A stretch of DNA of 64,000 nt from contig OZ244160.1 of the NCBI GenBank assembly GCA_965216325.1, positions 2,528,001 through 2,592,000 of the forward strand, written 5' to 3'. Position 1 is the stretch's first letter, and each line of letters begins with the position of its first letter. The position numbers were made by a program, and so were the translations under genes. The notes beneath the pieces were generated by a model. It saw only the letters and a list, made by a program, of their open reading frames with translations, was not told the origin of the DNA and searched no databases. This document shows positions 1 through 10,412 of this stretch, one piece after another. The stretch is from Coraliomargarita sp. (GTDB lineage: Bacteria; Verrucomicrobiota; Verrucomicrobiia; Opitutales; Coraliomargaritaceae).

Positions 1-217
1 TCATGATTTTGAGCACTTTACTGAAAAAGGCCGGATCGTTTTCGCTGTCGGTCAGCTGCGCGTGCACATCGATGTAGATATCGTTGAGTTGGCTGATCCC
101 GAGGCCGCTCTTAAGCAGCGGCGTAAGAGGTTTTAGCAGCGCGGTGACACCTCGGGCTTCTTTAAAGAAGGCGTCCACGTCGATTAGTGTCGGCGATGTT
201 TTGTTCGCGGTGCTCAC
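1..217 (-). CDS. Partial CDS (5' end only), possibly a lysophospholipid acyltransferase/'putative hemolysin' family protein
   Basis: Hand translation from GTG at 217 gives MSTANKTSPTLIDVDAFFKEARGVTALLKPLTPLLKSGLGISQLNDIYIDVHAQLTDSENDPAFFSKVLKIM, open to the window edge. The 'LGISQLNDIY...FFSKVL' segment resembles N-termini of that family. It is absent from the ORF track because it is truncated. Confidence 0.4.
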   Translation of the reverse strand, partial: MSTANKTSPTLIDVDAFFKEARGVTALLKPLTPLLKSGLGISQLNDIYIDVHAQLTDSENDPAFFSKVLKIM

Positions 218-281
218 TGTGTGCGGGTGAAACCTGAGTTAAGGGCTAAAGCGGAAAACGGATTCACTCAAGTCTCAGACT

Positions 282-3200
282 TTAAGCTTCATCCTTTTGG
301 TTGTGGGCTTCGATGAGTGCGTTTTTGAGTTCTTCAATTTCGATGGGCTTACGTAAGTAATCATTCATTCCGGCGGCAAGGCAATCCTCGCGGTCTTCTT
401 GCATCGCAAAGGCGGTGACTGCGATGATGTATTGCTGCGTGAGCCGAGGATGCAAGTCGCCGCTGCGGATTGCCTTGGTGAGTTCGATGCCACTTTGCTC
501 GGGCAGTCTCACATCAAGCAGTATGACGTCGAAGCGATGTTTGAATAGTTGTTGTGACGCCTCTGTTGCGTCTGTTGCCAGTTGTGGTTGGTAGCCCATT
601 TGTTGGAGGAGTTCATTAATCATCCAACGGTTATCATCGTCATCTTCGCAGAGCAGTATGGCTAGCGGATGTCGCTTCGCGAAGTCTGCACTGACAAGGC
701 CTGTTTGGCTCTGAGAATTGCTAAAGGGGTTGCGGGTTGCTTTGGCTTGTTCTGGGCGCTGTAGTTCGATTTCAAACAGAAAGGTGCTGCCTTTGCCCAA
801 GGTGCTTTCAGCTCTGAGGCTCCCATCCATTCGTTCAACGAGACGCTGGGATATTGCGAGCCCGAGTCCTGTTCCGCCGTAGCGTCGGGTTGTTGAGGAG
901 TCTTCCTGTAGGAATGGTTCAAAGATTTTTTGGAGTGCATTCGGCTCGATCCCGCAGCCAGTATCGATTACTTTGAAGCGTAGTCGGTCGTAGGAGCCGT
1001 TGTGCGTGCAGTCACTTAGTTGAACATGTATCTGCACGCTGCCCTGGTTGGTGAATTTGACCGCATTGTTGGCCAAGTTGATCAGTATCTGTTTTAGGCG
1101 GTGTGGGTCGCCGATGTAGAATTCACCGACTGTAGAGTCGATTTTGAAGTCGACCTCCAGACCCTTATCTTTTGCTTGGTAGAGCACGCTCTCCAGTGCT
1201 TCGCAAACAAGTTGTTCGAGGTCGAATTGCTCAGACTCCAGTTCTAGGACATTGGCTTCGATTTTGGAGTAATCGAGGATGTTGTTGATCAGTGCGAGCA
1301 GTGCTTTGCCACTACGGCGGATGATACTGGTCTGTTCGCTTTGTAGCTCACTCAGGTCTGTTTGACTGAGCAGGTCCGCATAGCCGAGAATGGCGTTCAT
1401 GGGGGTGCGGATTTCATGGCTCATTATTGACAAGAATTCTCCCTTGGCGACGCTGGCAGCGCTGGCGCGGTCGCGCGCGATTTTCAGTGCGCGCTGGTTT
1501 TCCTCGATGAGGATGAGCCCCGAAATACTGGAGGCGAGCACGCGCACTGCGTTGATCTCGCTTTGATTCCACGTGTGTGGCTTGGTGCAATATTCGATAG
1601 AAAGGAAGCCATTGAGCTTGCCTCGGATCCACATCGGAATGGCTAGAATCGCTTGGCAGTCTAGATGTCGAAGAACCGAAACGGCGTCTCTATCGAGTTG
1701 TGGTTGAGCGGTCAGTGCAATTGCACCATCGGTATGCATTTGCTCATACCAGCCAGGGAAGTATTCTTCGAAGGGACCTTCTATTGGCTGATGTTGTTTC
1801 AGTAGCGTGGGCACATGGCTGTTCTTGGACCACTCGACACTGCAGTTGAAGCTGAAGAGGGTCTCGAGGCTGCGGTCTAAAATCTCGAAAACATGCACAC
1901 GCTCTGCGCCAAGTGCGCGCCCGATATCGGCAATTGCGGTTTCGATGGCTTCTCCAAAATTACTTGTTGTGAGCAGGGTGTTGTTGGCCCGCGCTGACGC
2001 TTGGAGTATGCCGTCGCGCTGTTTAATGGCTGCTTCACTTTTTTTGCGCTCAGATATGTCGTAGGCAACCCACACGACGCGATCGCTCTCACCGGTCCGC
2101 TCTACCATGCGGCTTACACGGGCTTCGAAAAAGTGCTTTCCGACATCGACTGACTCGAGTTCGTATTCGCAGGTTTCGACTTTACCAGATTCAAGCGCTG
2201 TTTGGATGGTCTTGCCAAAGCGTTTTGTCGTGCGGTCATCGAATAGATGACTGAGTGGCTTTCCTCGTAGAACCTCAGAATTCACGATTCGGTGGTTCGC
2301 TTCGATTCGATGGTTTGCTGAGAAGATGTCGCAGATCACGCCTTCGCTGGAGAGGACGAACCCGATGTCCGGCAAGCCGTCGGTAAAGGCGCGCAAGCGG
2401 CTCTCGTTATCTGCGATCTGAGCTTCACGTTTACGCAGTTCATTCATCACTGAGGCGAGGCAGACCGATGTAATCGAAACGATGCCCACGAAGACCCAGA
2501 CATTTGCAGGGCTTTGACTAATCCGTGCTTCGGACCCGAGCACTGGTAGGAGTTGCCATGCCGCGACCAATGCGAGCACCAGGACTCCGGCAGATGCGCC
2601 GCGTAAGCCCAGGCGAATCGCGCCCCATGCCATAATCGGGAATATGGCCAGTTCCATCGGATAGAGTAGTGTATCGGTTGGCGCCCAATTTTGAAAAGTG
2701 ACCATGCCGAAGCCGATCAGAGTCACAATCCAGATGAGGACTTCGCCCATTTGACGAGTGGTTAGATCGCCGGCTTTGGGTTGTGCCCAAACCAGAATGA
2801 AGGGCAGGCTAATAATTGAACCAACGGATGCAGCTAGCCAATGGGTCATGAATATTGCGGGAAACTCGCCCCAGCCCCAGGTCGGATTTCCTCCACAGAG
2901 TAGCGCGGATTCAATCGCGGCACTCAAGGCGGTGGCAATGATGCCTGCAACAATCAGTAGGGAAAGGGTGTCCCGTATCCGCTCCATATCATGGCGGATG
3001 TCCAGCCATTGTGTGAGACGATAGCTGAGGATGGCGCAGAGCACTGTGGCCAATGGCACGCTCAAAATCTCCAGTAACTCGTCGTAAACAAAGACAGAGG
3101 GCACTAAGGCCCCCGCGAAAATCCATGGAATATAGCGCAGCCCTCCAATCAGGGTGATTGCGATCGCGACTCCGAAGACTGGGGCCAACTGGTTGACGAG

Positions 3201-3308
3201 CTGCTCAAACTGTGGATCCGCCAGTGCAATTGCGATTTGCGCAGCAAAGGCCACTGTCAATGCAGCCACTAGGGGCTTTAGGAGCTGAGGTATTCGGATG
3301 CGGAGCAT
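282..3308 (-). CDS. Hybrid sensor histidine kinase (MASE1-like membrane domain, PAS, GAF, HisKA, HATPase, receiver)
   Basis: Multi-TM N-terminus; H-box FLSIMSHEIRTPMNAI; N-box QILINLANNAVKFT; G boxes DTGCGI and GGTGLGLAIS; C-terminal receiver (LLCEDDDDN, ILLDVRLP, YLRKP). Confidence 0.93.
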   Translation of the reverse strand: MLRIRIPQLLKPLVAALTVAFAAQIAIALADPQFEQLVNQLAPVFGVAIAITLIGGLRYIPWIFAGALVPSVFVYDELLEILSVPLATVLCAILSYRLTQWLDIRHDMERIRDTLSLLIVAGIIATALSAAIESALLCGGNPTWGWGEFPAIFMTHWLAASVGSIISLPFILVWAQPKAGDLTTRQMGEVLIWIVTLIGFGMVTFQNWAPTDTLLYPMELAIFPIMAWGAIRLGLRGASAGVLVLALVAAWQLLPVLGSEARISQSPANVWVFVGIVSITSVCLASVMNELRKREAQIADNESRLRAFTDGLPDIGFVLSSEGVICDIFSANHRIEANHRIVNSEVLRGKPLSHLFDDRTTKRFGKTIQTALESGKVETCEYELESVDVGKHFFEARVSRMVERTGESDRVVWVAYDISERKKSEAAIKQRDGILQASARANNTLLTTSNFGEAIETAIADIGRALGAERVHVFEILDRSLETLFSFNCSVEWSKNSHVPTLLKQHQPIEGPFEEYFPGWYEQMHTDGAIALTAQPQLDRDAVSVLRHLDCQAILAIPMWIRGKLNGFLSIEYCTKPHTWNQSEINAVRVLASSISGLILIEENQRALKIARDRASAASVAKGEFLSIMSHEIRTPMNAILGYADLLSQTDLSELQSEQTSIIRRSGKALLALINNILDYSKIEANVLELESEQFDLEQLVCEALESVLYQAKDKGLEVDFKIDSTVGEFYIGDPHRLKQILINLANNAVKFTNQGSVQIHVQLSDCTHNGSYDRLRFKVIDTGCGIEPNALQKIFEPFLQEDSSTTRRYGGTGLGLAISQRLVERMDGSLRAESTLGKGSTFLFEIELQRPEQAKATRNPFSNSQSQTGLVSADFAKRHPLAILLCEDDDDNRWMINELLQQMGYQPQLATDATEASQQLFKHRFDVILLDVRLPEQSGIELTKAIRSGDLHPRLTQQYIIAVTAFAMQEDREDCLAAGMNDYLRKPIEIEELKNALIEAHNQKDEA

Positions 3309-3361
3309 TGGAGGTTCGTGAGTGTAGCTAGTTGTTGTAGCAGTGAAAGTGTGGTAGTTTT

Positions 3362-4696
3362 TCAGTTCAGCCTCTTATGTCGTGAGCTAATAGAAATATG
3401 GTCAGTGAAGTAGATGCGAGTTGGCACTTTGTGTGCTGCGAGTGTTTGTCGGCAGTGACGCTTGATCTTTCGCTTGAGTTCACTTGTGGAGCTGCCTGCT
3501 GAGGCGAAAACTTTAATTGCAACACTTTGGCCAGTGATCGCATTCGCCTCACTAAAGACGATGCAGGACTCTATTTGGGGGATTTGTAGAACGATTGCTT
3601 CGACTTCACCGGGGGTAACCTTCTCTCCGCCTACGTTGATGAGTTCGCTAGCACGCCCAATGATGCGGAGGCTGTCGTCTGCTCCTTTTTCTACTAGATC
3701 CCCAGTGCGATACCATCCGTTTGCTTCCAAGGCTGATTGGTCAGCATTTAAATATCCTAAAATACGAGAGGGTGTTTTGAGCCAGAGTTCGCCTTCGTGA
3801 ATTCTCCATTCTGTGTCGGGGTCTTGGATTCTAAAGAATAAACTGTTCGTATTCGTGCTTTGAATACGGATAGCTCCTGTTTCGCTGGTTCCGAATTTTT
3901 GTTGGAACTCAGCTTTGGGGAATTGTTGTACTAGGCGTTCCAAAAGTGCCGGGGGCATTGCTTCGGCTCCGTAAGCGATAATTTCGACTGAGCTAAGGTC
4001 GTGTTTCTGATATTGTTGCGAAAGGAGCAGTAGATTTAAAAATGTTGGTGTGCAGGGGAGTATGTTGACTTTGTAAGTTTCAATTGCCTGTGCTGCGCTC
4101 TCTGGGGTGCGTGATTCGGGGATAATCAGCGCTGAGCCTGCCAGTAGTGTGCGTAGTGCTGCATCAATCCCTCCGATATGGTCCAAGTGCATGAGCAATA
4201 GGCTGCGGTCTTGGCGGGGTTTGACTTTGCTGTAGCGTTGAAGCAATGCGTCGAAGTCGTGCAGCATCGCCTTAGGTGCTCCACTGGTGCCACTGCTGAA
4301 CAAGATTAGCCCTGAGTGCTGACGATTCTCTAGAGTCTTAATTAGGTCGGTGGGTTCATCAGTATGTTGCAATTGAGTCAGCGCATAGCCACTGCCTATA
4401 CGCCATTGGACTGCGGCGACCTGCCGTGCGGTGATGCGTTCAGCTTCTCCTAGTTCGTGAGAGAGTGGCACTGCTACCAGTTGATTCTGTTGACAGGCGA
4501 GAAGGGCAATCAGGCATTCGAAACTCTTGTCTGTTTCAATGCTGACTACACTGTGGGTTTGGATGCGAGCTGCTCGCAGCGAATCGTTGAGCGCTTCGAC
4601 TGCGGTGATGAGTTGATGGAAACTCCAGCGTTTGTCAGCTTCGTGACAGGCTGTTTTGTCGCCAAACTTCTGAAACTGTTGAAGTGCCCAATGCAC
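3362..4696 (-). CDS. Acyl-CoA/acyl-ACP ligase (AMP-binding, ANL superfamily)
   Basis: LFSSGTSGAPK P-loop, FGTSETG, WYRTGDL, GRASELINVGGEKVTPGEVE. Confidence 0.9.
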   Translation of the reverse strand: MHWALQQFQKFGDKTACHEADKRWSFHQLITAVEALNDSLRAARIQTHSVVSIETDKSFECLIALLACQQNQLVAVPLSHELGEAERITARQVAAVQWRIGSGYALTQLQHTDEPTDLIKTLENRQHSGLILFSSGTSGAPKAMLHDFDALLQRYSKVKPRQDRSLLLMHLDHIGGIDAALRTLLAGSALIIPESRTPESAAQAIETYKVNILPCTPTFLNLLLLSQQYQKHDLSSVEIIAYGAEAMPPALLERLVQQFPKAEFQQKFGTSETGAIRIQSTNTNSLFFRIQDPDTEWRIHEGELWLKTPSRILGYLNADQSALEANGWYRTGDLVEKGADDSLRIIGRASELINVGGEKVTPGEVEAIVLQIPQIESCIVFSEANAITGQSVAIKVFASAGSSTSELKRKIKRHCRQTLAAHKVPTRIYFTDHISISSRHKRLN

Positions 4697-4708
4697 GGTC
4701 GATTTGTG

Positions 4709-5407
4709 TTACCCAGTGACTCCCCCAAGATAGAGGATTTGGCCGGTGATGAAGTCGCTTTGCGGTGCGATAAAGAAATCGATGGCGTTGGTGACATCGC
4801 TGACTTCGCCCAAGCGTGGTAGTGCCTGCCGAGCAATAAGCGCATCCATCTTTGTTTGAGGGACACCTTTTATTAGATCTGTAGCGATAGGTGTCGGGCC
4901 GATGGCGTTAACCGTGATTTTCAGCTCAGCCAGTTCGCGTGAGAGGATCCGAGTCAGGCTTTCGACTGCTGCTTTGCTGGCTGCGTAGATCGCTTCGCCT
5001 TCGAGGTTAAGCGGGTGGGCGACAGTGGTGAAATTGACTATGCGTGGGGCTTTGCTTCTGCGCATTAGCTTAGCCATCTCCCGACAGAAGAGGAATGTGC
5101 CGACGACGTTGGTTTGCAGAATGCGGTTAACCGTCTCTCCTGGTGTAAGGAGAGTGTGGTTCATAGAGGCAATGCCGGCGTTGTTGATCAAGGCGTCAAT
5201 GTGGCCGTGTGTCTTCTTAATGTCACGAGCCATGCTAATGACAGCTTGCTCGTCGCTCACATCAAGCGGGTAGTGCTCGTAATTTGCATCTTCAATCGAA
5301 CTGTCGCCACGGCTGCAACCGATGACACGCCAACCTTGCTCAAGATAGTGCAGTGCCAGTGATTGGCCAATGCCCTTGCGGGTGCCAGTTATGACGAGTG
5401 TCTTCAT
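4709..5407 (-). CDS. SDR oxidoreductase, 3-oxoacyl-ACP reductase (FabG)-like
   Basis: TGTRKGIG cofactor motif, NNAG, catalytic YAASK; lies next to an ACP gene. Confidence 0.88.
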   Translation of the reverse strand: MKTLVITGTRKGIGQSLALHYLEQGWRVIGCSRGDSSIEDANYEHYPLDVSDEQAVISMARDIKKTHGHIDALINNAGIASMNHTLLTPGETVNRILQTNVVGTFLFCREMAKLMRRSKAPRIVNFTTVAHPLNLEGEAIYAASKAAVESLTRILSRELAELKITVNAIGPTPIATDLIKGVPQTKMDALIARQALPRLGEVSDVTNAIDFFIAPQSDFITGQILYLGGVTG

Positions 5408-5700
5408 GTGTCGATGCGTTCGGCTACGGCTTGCGTTAGGCTCGCCACGTCGCGGTAGGGTGAGTTACGCGCGCTCATGGCTTTTTCGTCCGCGAGTGTG
5501 ATGGAGGCACCGAATTCGTCGGCTACCGCGTCTTCCAAATCGGCGATCAGATTGACCAGTGCCATACTGTCAAGTGGACCTTGGCCTCCGAACAAAGCGC
5601 TGGAGCTTTCTGGATGGGAGAGGGATGGTAGTTCAAAGTCATCTGCTAGCGTGCGTACGGTGTTGATTACGACGGCTTCGATTTGTTCGAGTTCAGGCAT
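5404..5700 (-). CDS. Acyl carrier protein
   Basis: Acidic 98-aa protein from ATG at 5700 (MPELEQIEAVV...), with GPLDSMALVNLI phosphopantetheine motif. It overlaps the stop of the upstream sugar transferase and the start of the SDR. Confidence 0.85.
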   Translation of the reverse strand: MPELEQIEAVVINTVRTLADDFELPSLSHPESSSALFGGQGPLDSMALVNLIADLEDAVADEFGASITLADEKAMSARNSPYRDVASLTQAVAERIDT

Positions 5701-6328
5701 CTTCAGAGGGTGAGTTGTGGGTTGAACCAAGAAATTCAGTGCGTGTGGCGTGTCCTTCTTCGGAGATGTTCTCACGTCGAAAAACAGTGACCACGGTTAA
5801 ACCCAGAATTTTGAGGTCGAGCAAGAAAGAACGGTGCTCGACATACCATAGATCGAGCTCGAATTGACGTTCCCAAGTCAGGCCGTTGCGGCCATTGACT
5901 TGGGCCCAGCCGGTGATCCCCGGGCGCACCTCATGGCGGCGGGATTGTTCGGGTGAGTAGCGCTCCAGATAGGCCGTGGGCAAGGGGCGTGGCCCGACGA
6001 GGCTCATTTCTCCTTTCAGCACATTCCAGAGTTCGGGAAGCTCATCGAGGCTGGTAGAACGTAGGAACTGTCCCCAGCGCGTGAGGCGGGCGGCATCGTC
6101 GCCATCGCCATTGCGCATGCTACGAAACTTTAAGATAGCGAACGACTGGCCATTGAGGCCTGCTCGCTCCTGCCTAAAGAAGATTGGGCGGCCATGGATG
6201 ATCAGCTGGATCAGGCAGAGCCCTAGTAGGGGGAGGCTGAGGGCTATGAGGCCCAAAATGGGTGCGACTATGTCGAGAAGGCGTTTCAAAACATGTAAGG
6301 TAGAGGAATTATTACCGATCACATCCAC
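5693..6328 (-). CDS. Bacterial sugar transferase (monotopic phosphoglycosyl transferase, PglC/EpsL-like)
   Basis: KRLLDI, FFRQERAG, KFRSM, SLDELPELWNVLKGEMSLVGPRP, RPGITGWAQVNGRN. The true start may be a few codons downstream. Confidence 0.93.
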   Translation of the reverse strand: MDVIGNNSSTLHVLKRLLDIVAPILGLIALSLPLLGLCLIQLIIHGRPIFFRQERAGLNGQSFAILKFRSMRNGDGDDAARLTRWGQFLRSTSLDELPELWNVLKGEMSLVGPRPLPTAYLERYSPEQSRRHEVRPGITGWAQVNGRNGLTWERQFELDLWYVEHRSFLLDLKILGLTVVTVFRRENISEEGHATRTEFLGSTHNSPSEDA

Positions 6329-6423
6329 TCAGCTCACAAGGTCAAACCTAGCTTTGTTTGACAGCACTCGGCCTAACGATTACTTTTTCCATTCAATATT
6401 AACCTAAATCCGACCCACTTATC

Positions 6424-7599
<1,176 letters not shown>

Positions 7600-7687
7600 A
7601 GCTGAATCTAACGGATTCTACTCTTGATGTCGTTGGTGGAGTTGGCTTCTCTTTAGTTGTCTCTCATCAAGTCGCGCGTACGTTTGC

Positions 7688-9196
7688 ATGTGTGACCAAA
7701 CCCTATATGATACGCGGCTAGTGAAATCTGCGACTAACCTTCCTCGTGTGCTACGAACAACGACTCAGTTGAGCGTAGTCTCTGTATTCTCACTCATCGG
7801 ACTGACCGGCTGTAAATTTGTTGGCACCGATTACGAAGCGCCGGAGATGTCCATGCCGGATGCGTGGCAGCAACGGCTAGCCACCCAAGGCAGCAGCTTA
7901 CTGGCTGTGGACCACTGGTGGGAGAGCTTTAATGATGCTACGTTGAATCGCTTGATCGATCAGGCGGTTGCTGAGAATAAGGACCTGGCGATTGCTTATG
8001 AGCGTGTCCAGCAGGCGCGCTCGGCTAGAACGGTATCGAACAGTGGTCTATTCCCTGATGTCACTGCCACGGGTGACTTTAGTCGCCAGCGCACGAGTGA
8101 AAACGTGGGTATCCCACCGGCAGCTGGAGGTGGGGATACTCAGAATTTCTATTCGGCTGGTGCTGCAGTTGCCTGGGAGTTGGATGTCTTAGGTGGTGTG
8201 CGCCGTTCGATTGAGTCGGCTGATGCGAGCCTGCAGGCAACTGAAGAAAGCTACCGTGATTTCATGGTGCTGCTCTTAGCTGAGGTGACACGCAACTACA
8301 TTGACATTCGCACTCTCGAAGAGCGCATTCAATTGGCTGAGGTGAACATCGAAAATCAGGAGGAATCGCTGGCCCTTGCGCAAGATCGCTTTGAGGCTGG
8401 CTTGGTGCCGAAACTTGATGTGACGCAGGCGCAAACCAATCTCGCGAATACACAAGCGTTCCTTCCGCAGCTTCATCAAGAGCGATCTGCGGCAGTCAAC
8501 CGACTTTCAACTCTACTCGGCGGCTACTCTCCTGAGACTGAAACACTATTAGGCAAGCACACTAAGATCCCGGTGCCGCCTGCGCACGCCGCGATCGCAC
8601 CTCCGGTTGAAGTGATTCGTGCCCGTCCGGATATTCGCGCAGCAGAGCGTTCACTGGCGGCACAAACTGCCCAAATCGGTGTTGCCGAAGCAGACCTCTA
8701 CCCACGCTTCACGCTGAACGGCGACTTCCAATTGTTGTCGACTGAAAGTGGGGACGTCTTTGACTCGGATTCACGCAACTACGGCTTCGGTCCATCCTTG
8801 CGTTGGAATATCTTCAGCGCGGGCCGTGTTCGTGCACAGATTGATATCGAGGAATCGCGCACGAGAGAAGCGCTACTCGCATATGAGAATGCAGTGTTAC
8901 TCGCGGTCGAAGAAGTGGAAACATCGATGAGTGGTATTGCACATGAACGGGATCGTCTTGCCGCGCTAGATACGGGAGCTGCCTCTGCGCGCGAAACGGT
9001 TGAGTTGGTTAAGGAAAACTACACTCGCGGCTTGGTTGATTTTCAAAACGTGCTGGATGCGGAACGCACGGCGACGCAGACCGAAGATAATAAGGCCGTC
9101 AGCCAGGGCCGTGTCGCGAATGCATATGTCGCCCTCTATGATGCGCTAGGCGGCGGCTTCCCTGAAGAAGAACTTGAGCAACTCAATCAGCAGTAA
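7688..9196 (+). CDS. Efflux outer-membrane factor lipoprotein (NodT/OprM family)
   Basis: Lipobox LTGC, WWESFND, WELDVLG, RPDIRAAER, ALGGG; first gene of the RND operon. Confidence 0.92.
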   Translation: MCDQTLYDTRLVKSATNLPRVLRTTTQLSVVSVFSLIGLTGCKFVGTDYEAPEMSMPDAWQQRLATQGSSLLAVDHWWESFNDATLNRLIDQAVAENKDLAIAYERVQQARSARTVSNSGLFPDVTATGDFSRQRTSENVGIPPAAGGGDTQNFYSAGAAVAWELDVLGGVRRSIESADASLQATEESYRDFMVLLLAEVTRNYIDIRTLEERIQLAEVNIENQEESLALAQDRFEAGLVPKLDVTQAQTNLANTQAFLPQLHQERSAAVNRLSTLLGGYSPETETLLGKHTKIPVPPAHAAIAPPVEVIRARPDIRAAERSLAAQTAQIGVAEADLYPRFTLNGDFQLLSTESGDVFDSDSRNYGFGPSLRWNIFSAGRVRAQIDIEESRTREALLAYENAVLLAVEEVETSMSGIAHERDRLAALDTGAASARETVELVKENYTRGLVDFQNVLDAERTATQTEDNKAVSQGRVANAYVALYDALGGGFPEEELEQLNQQ

Positions 9197-9217
9197 TTTC
9201 GAACCATCACCCTTGCT

Positions 9218-10390
9218 ATGAAATCTCACGCAACATTTCGCTGGGCCGGAGTCGCCCTTATTGCATCATCATTCATGATTGGTTGCAGCAAGCAACAAGA
9301 GGTTGCTGCACCGCCGCCGCCACCGGTTACAGTGGATACTCCTGAATTGCGCGAGGTTGAAGTCTTCCGCACCTTCCCATCGACTTTGAAGGGGGTGGAT
9401 GAAGTGGAGATCCGTGCGCGTGTGAGTGGCTATCTTGAAGAGACTAGTTTTGATGAGGGATCGATTGTCAAAAAGGGCGACCACCTCTTTACGATCGAAC
9501 AAGAACCGTATAAGCTAGCTGTCGAAGCGGCCCAAGCTGATTTGGAGCGCGCTGAAGCGGGTCGTGAGTTGGCTGAAACGCAGCTACGACGCTTGGACGA
9601 AGCGCTCAAAACCAATGCGGTCTCTGAGAGTGAAGTCGATATCGCTGCAGCAGAGTTGGCCCAGTCCATTGCGTTGGTGAGCCAAGCGAAAGCAAATCTG
9701 AATAATGCGCTCCTGGATCTTAGCTACACCGATGTGAATGCGCCGATCAATGGGCGTGTCTCGCTTGCCTTGGTCAGTAATGAGAATTTGGTCGGTTATG
9801 GTGAGCCGACAGTGATCACAACGATCGTGGATGATTCCAAGATTGAAGCCCACTTTGAGGTCCCAGAGCGCGACATCATCCGTTTTATGCGCAAGCGTGG
9901 AAAGAAGGAGATGAATGAAGAGGCCGAGAATGTTGAGATTCAACTCGAGCTCGCGGATCGCTCGCTTTATTCGGGCGTCGGTAAACTCGACTTTTTAGAC
10001 AACCGAGTGGATTCGATGACCCGAACGATTCGTGCACGTGCGATATTCGAGAATCCAGATCACGAGCTTGCATCCGGTATGTTCGCGACGGTGAAGATCC
10101 CAACTGCACCGAATCGGGAGGATCGTTCACAGAAAGAAGCGCTGCTGGTTCCCGCAGATGTCATTCTGCGTGATATTGGTGGACGTTATGTCTGGGTGGT
10201 CGACGACCAGAATGTCGTTCACCGTCGTGGAGTGGTTGTTGGTGATACCGTCGTGAAGTCTGCGGAAGGGGATCAGCCGGCAATGCGCCAGACGATTATT
10301 CTCGATGGCCTCAAGGCTGATGAGCGCGTCATTGTCCTCGGCCTGCAACGTGCTCGTGACGGCGCGAATGTGACACCGACTGCACTATAG
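9218..10390 (+). CDS. RND efflux periplasmic adaptor (MFP) subunit
   Basis: Lipobox MIGC, EIRARVSGYL, V.APINGRVS, DNRVDSMTRTIRARA. Confidence 0.92.
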   Translation: MKSHATFRWAGVALIASSFMIGCSKQQEVAAPPPPPVTVDTPELREVEVFRTFPSTLKGVDEVEIRARVSGYLEETSFDEGSIVKKGDHLFTIEQEPYKLAVEAAQADLERAEAGRELAETQLRRLDEALKTNAVSESEVDIAAAELAQSIALVSQAKANLNNALLDLSYTDVNAPINGRVSLALVSNENLVGYGEPTVITTIVDDSKIEAHFEVPERDIIRFMRKRGKKEMNEEAENVEIQLELADRSLYSGVGKLDFLDNRVDSMTRTIRARAIFENPDHELASGMFATVKIPTAPNREDRSQKEALLVPADVILRDIGGRYVWVVDDQNVVHRRGVVVGDTVVKSAEGDQPAMRQTIILDGLKADERVIVLGLQRARDGANVTPTAL

Positions 10391-10412
10391 AAACTGCTGA
10401 GGCCACACGATC

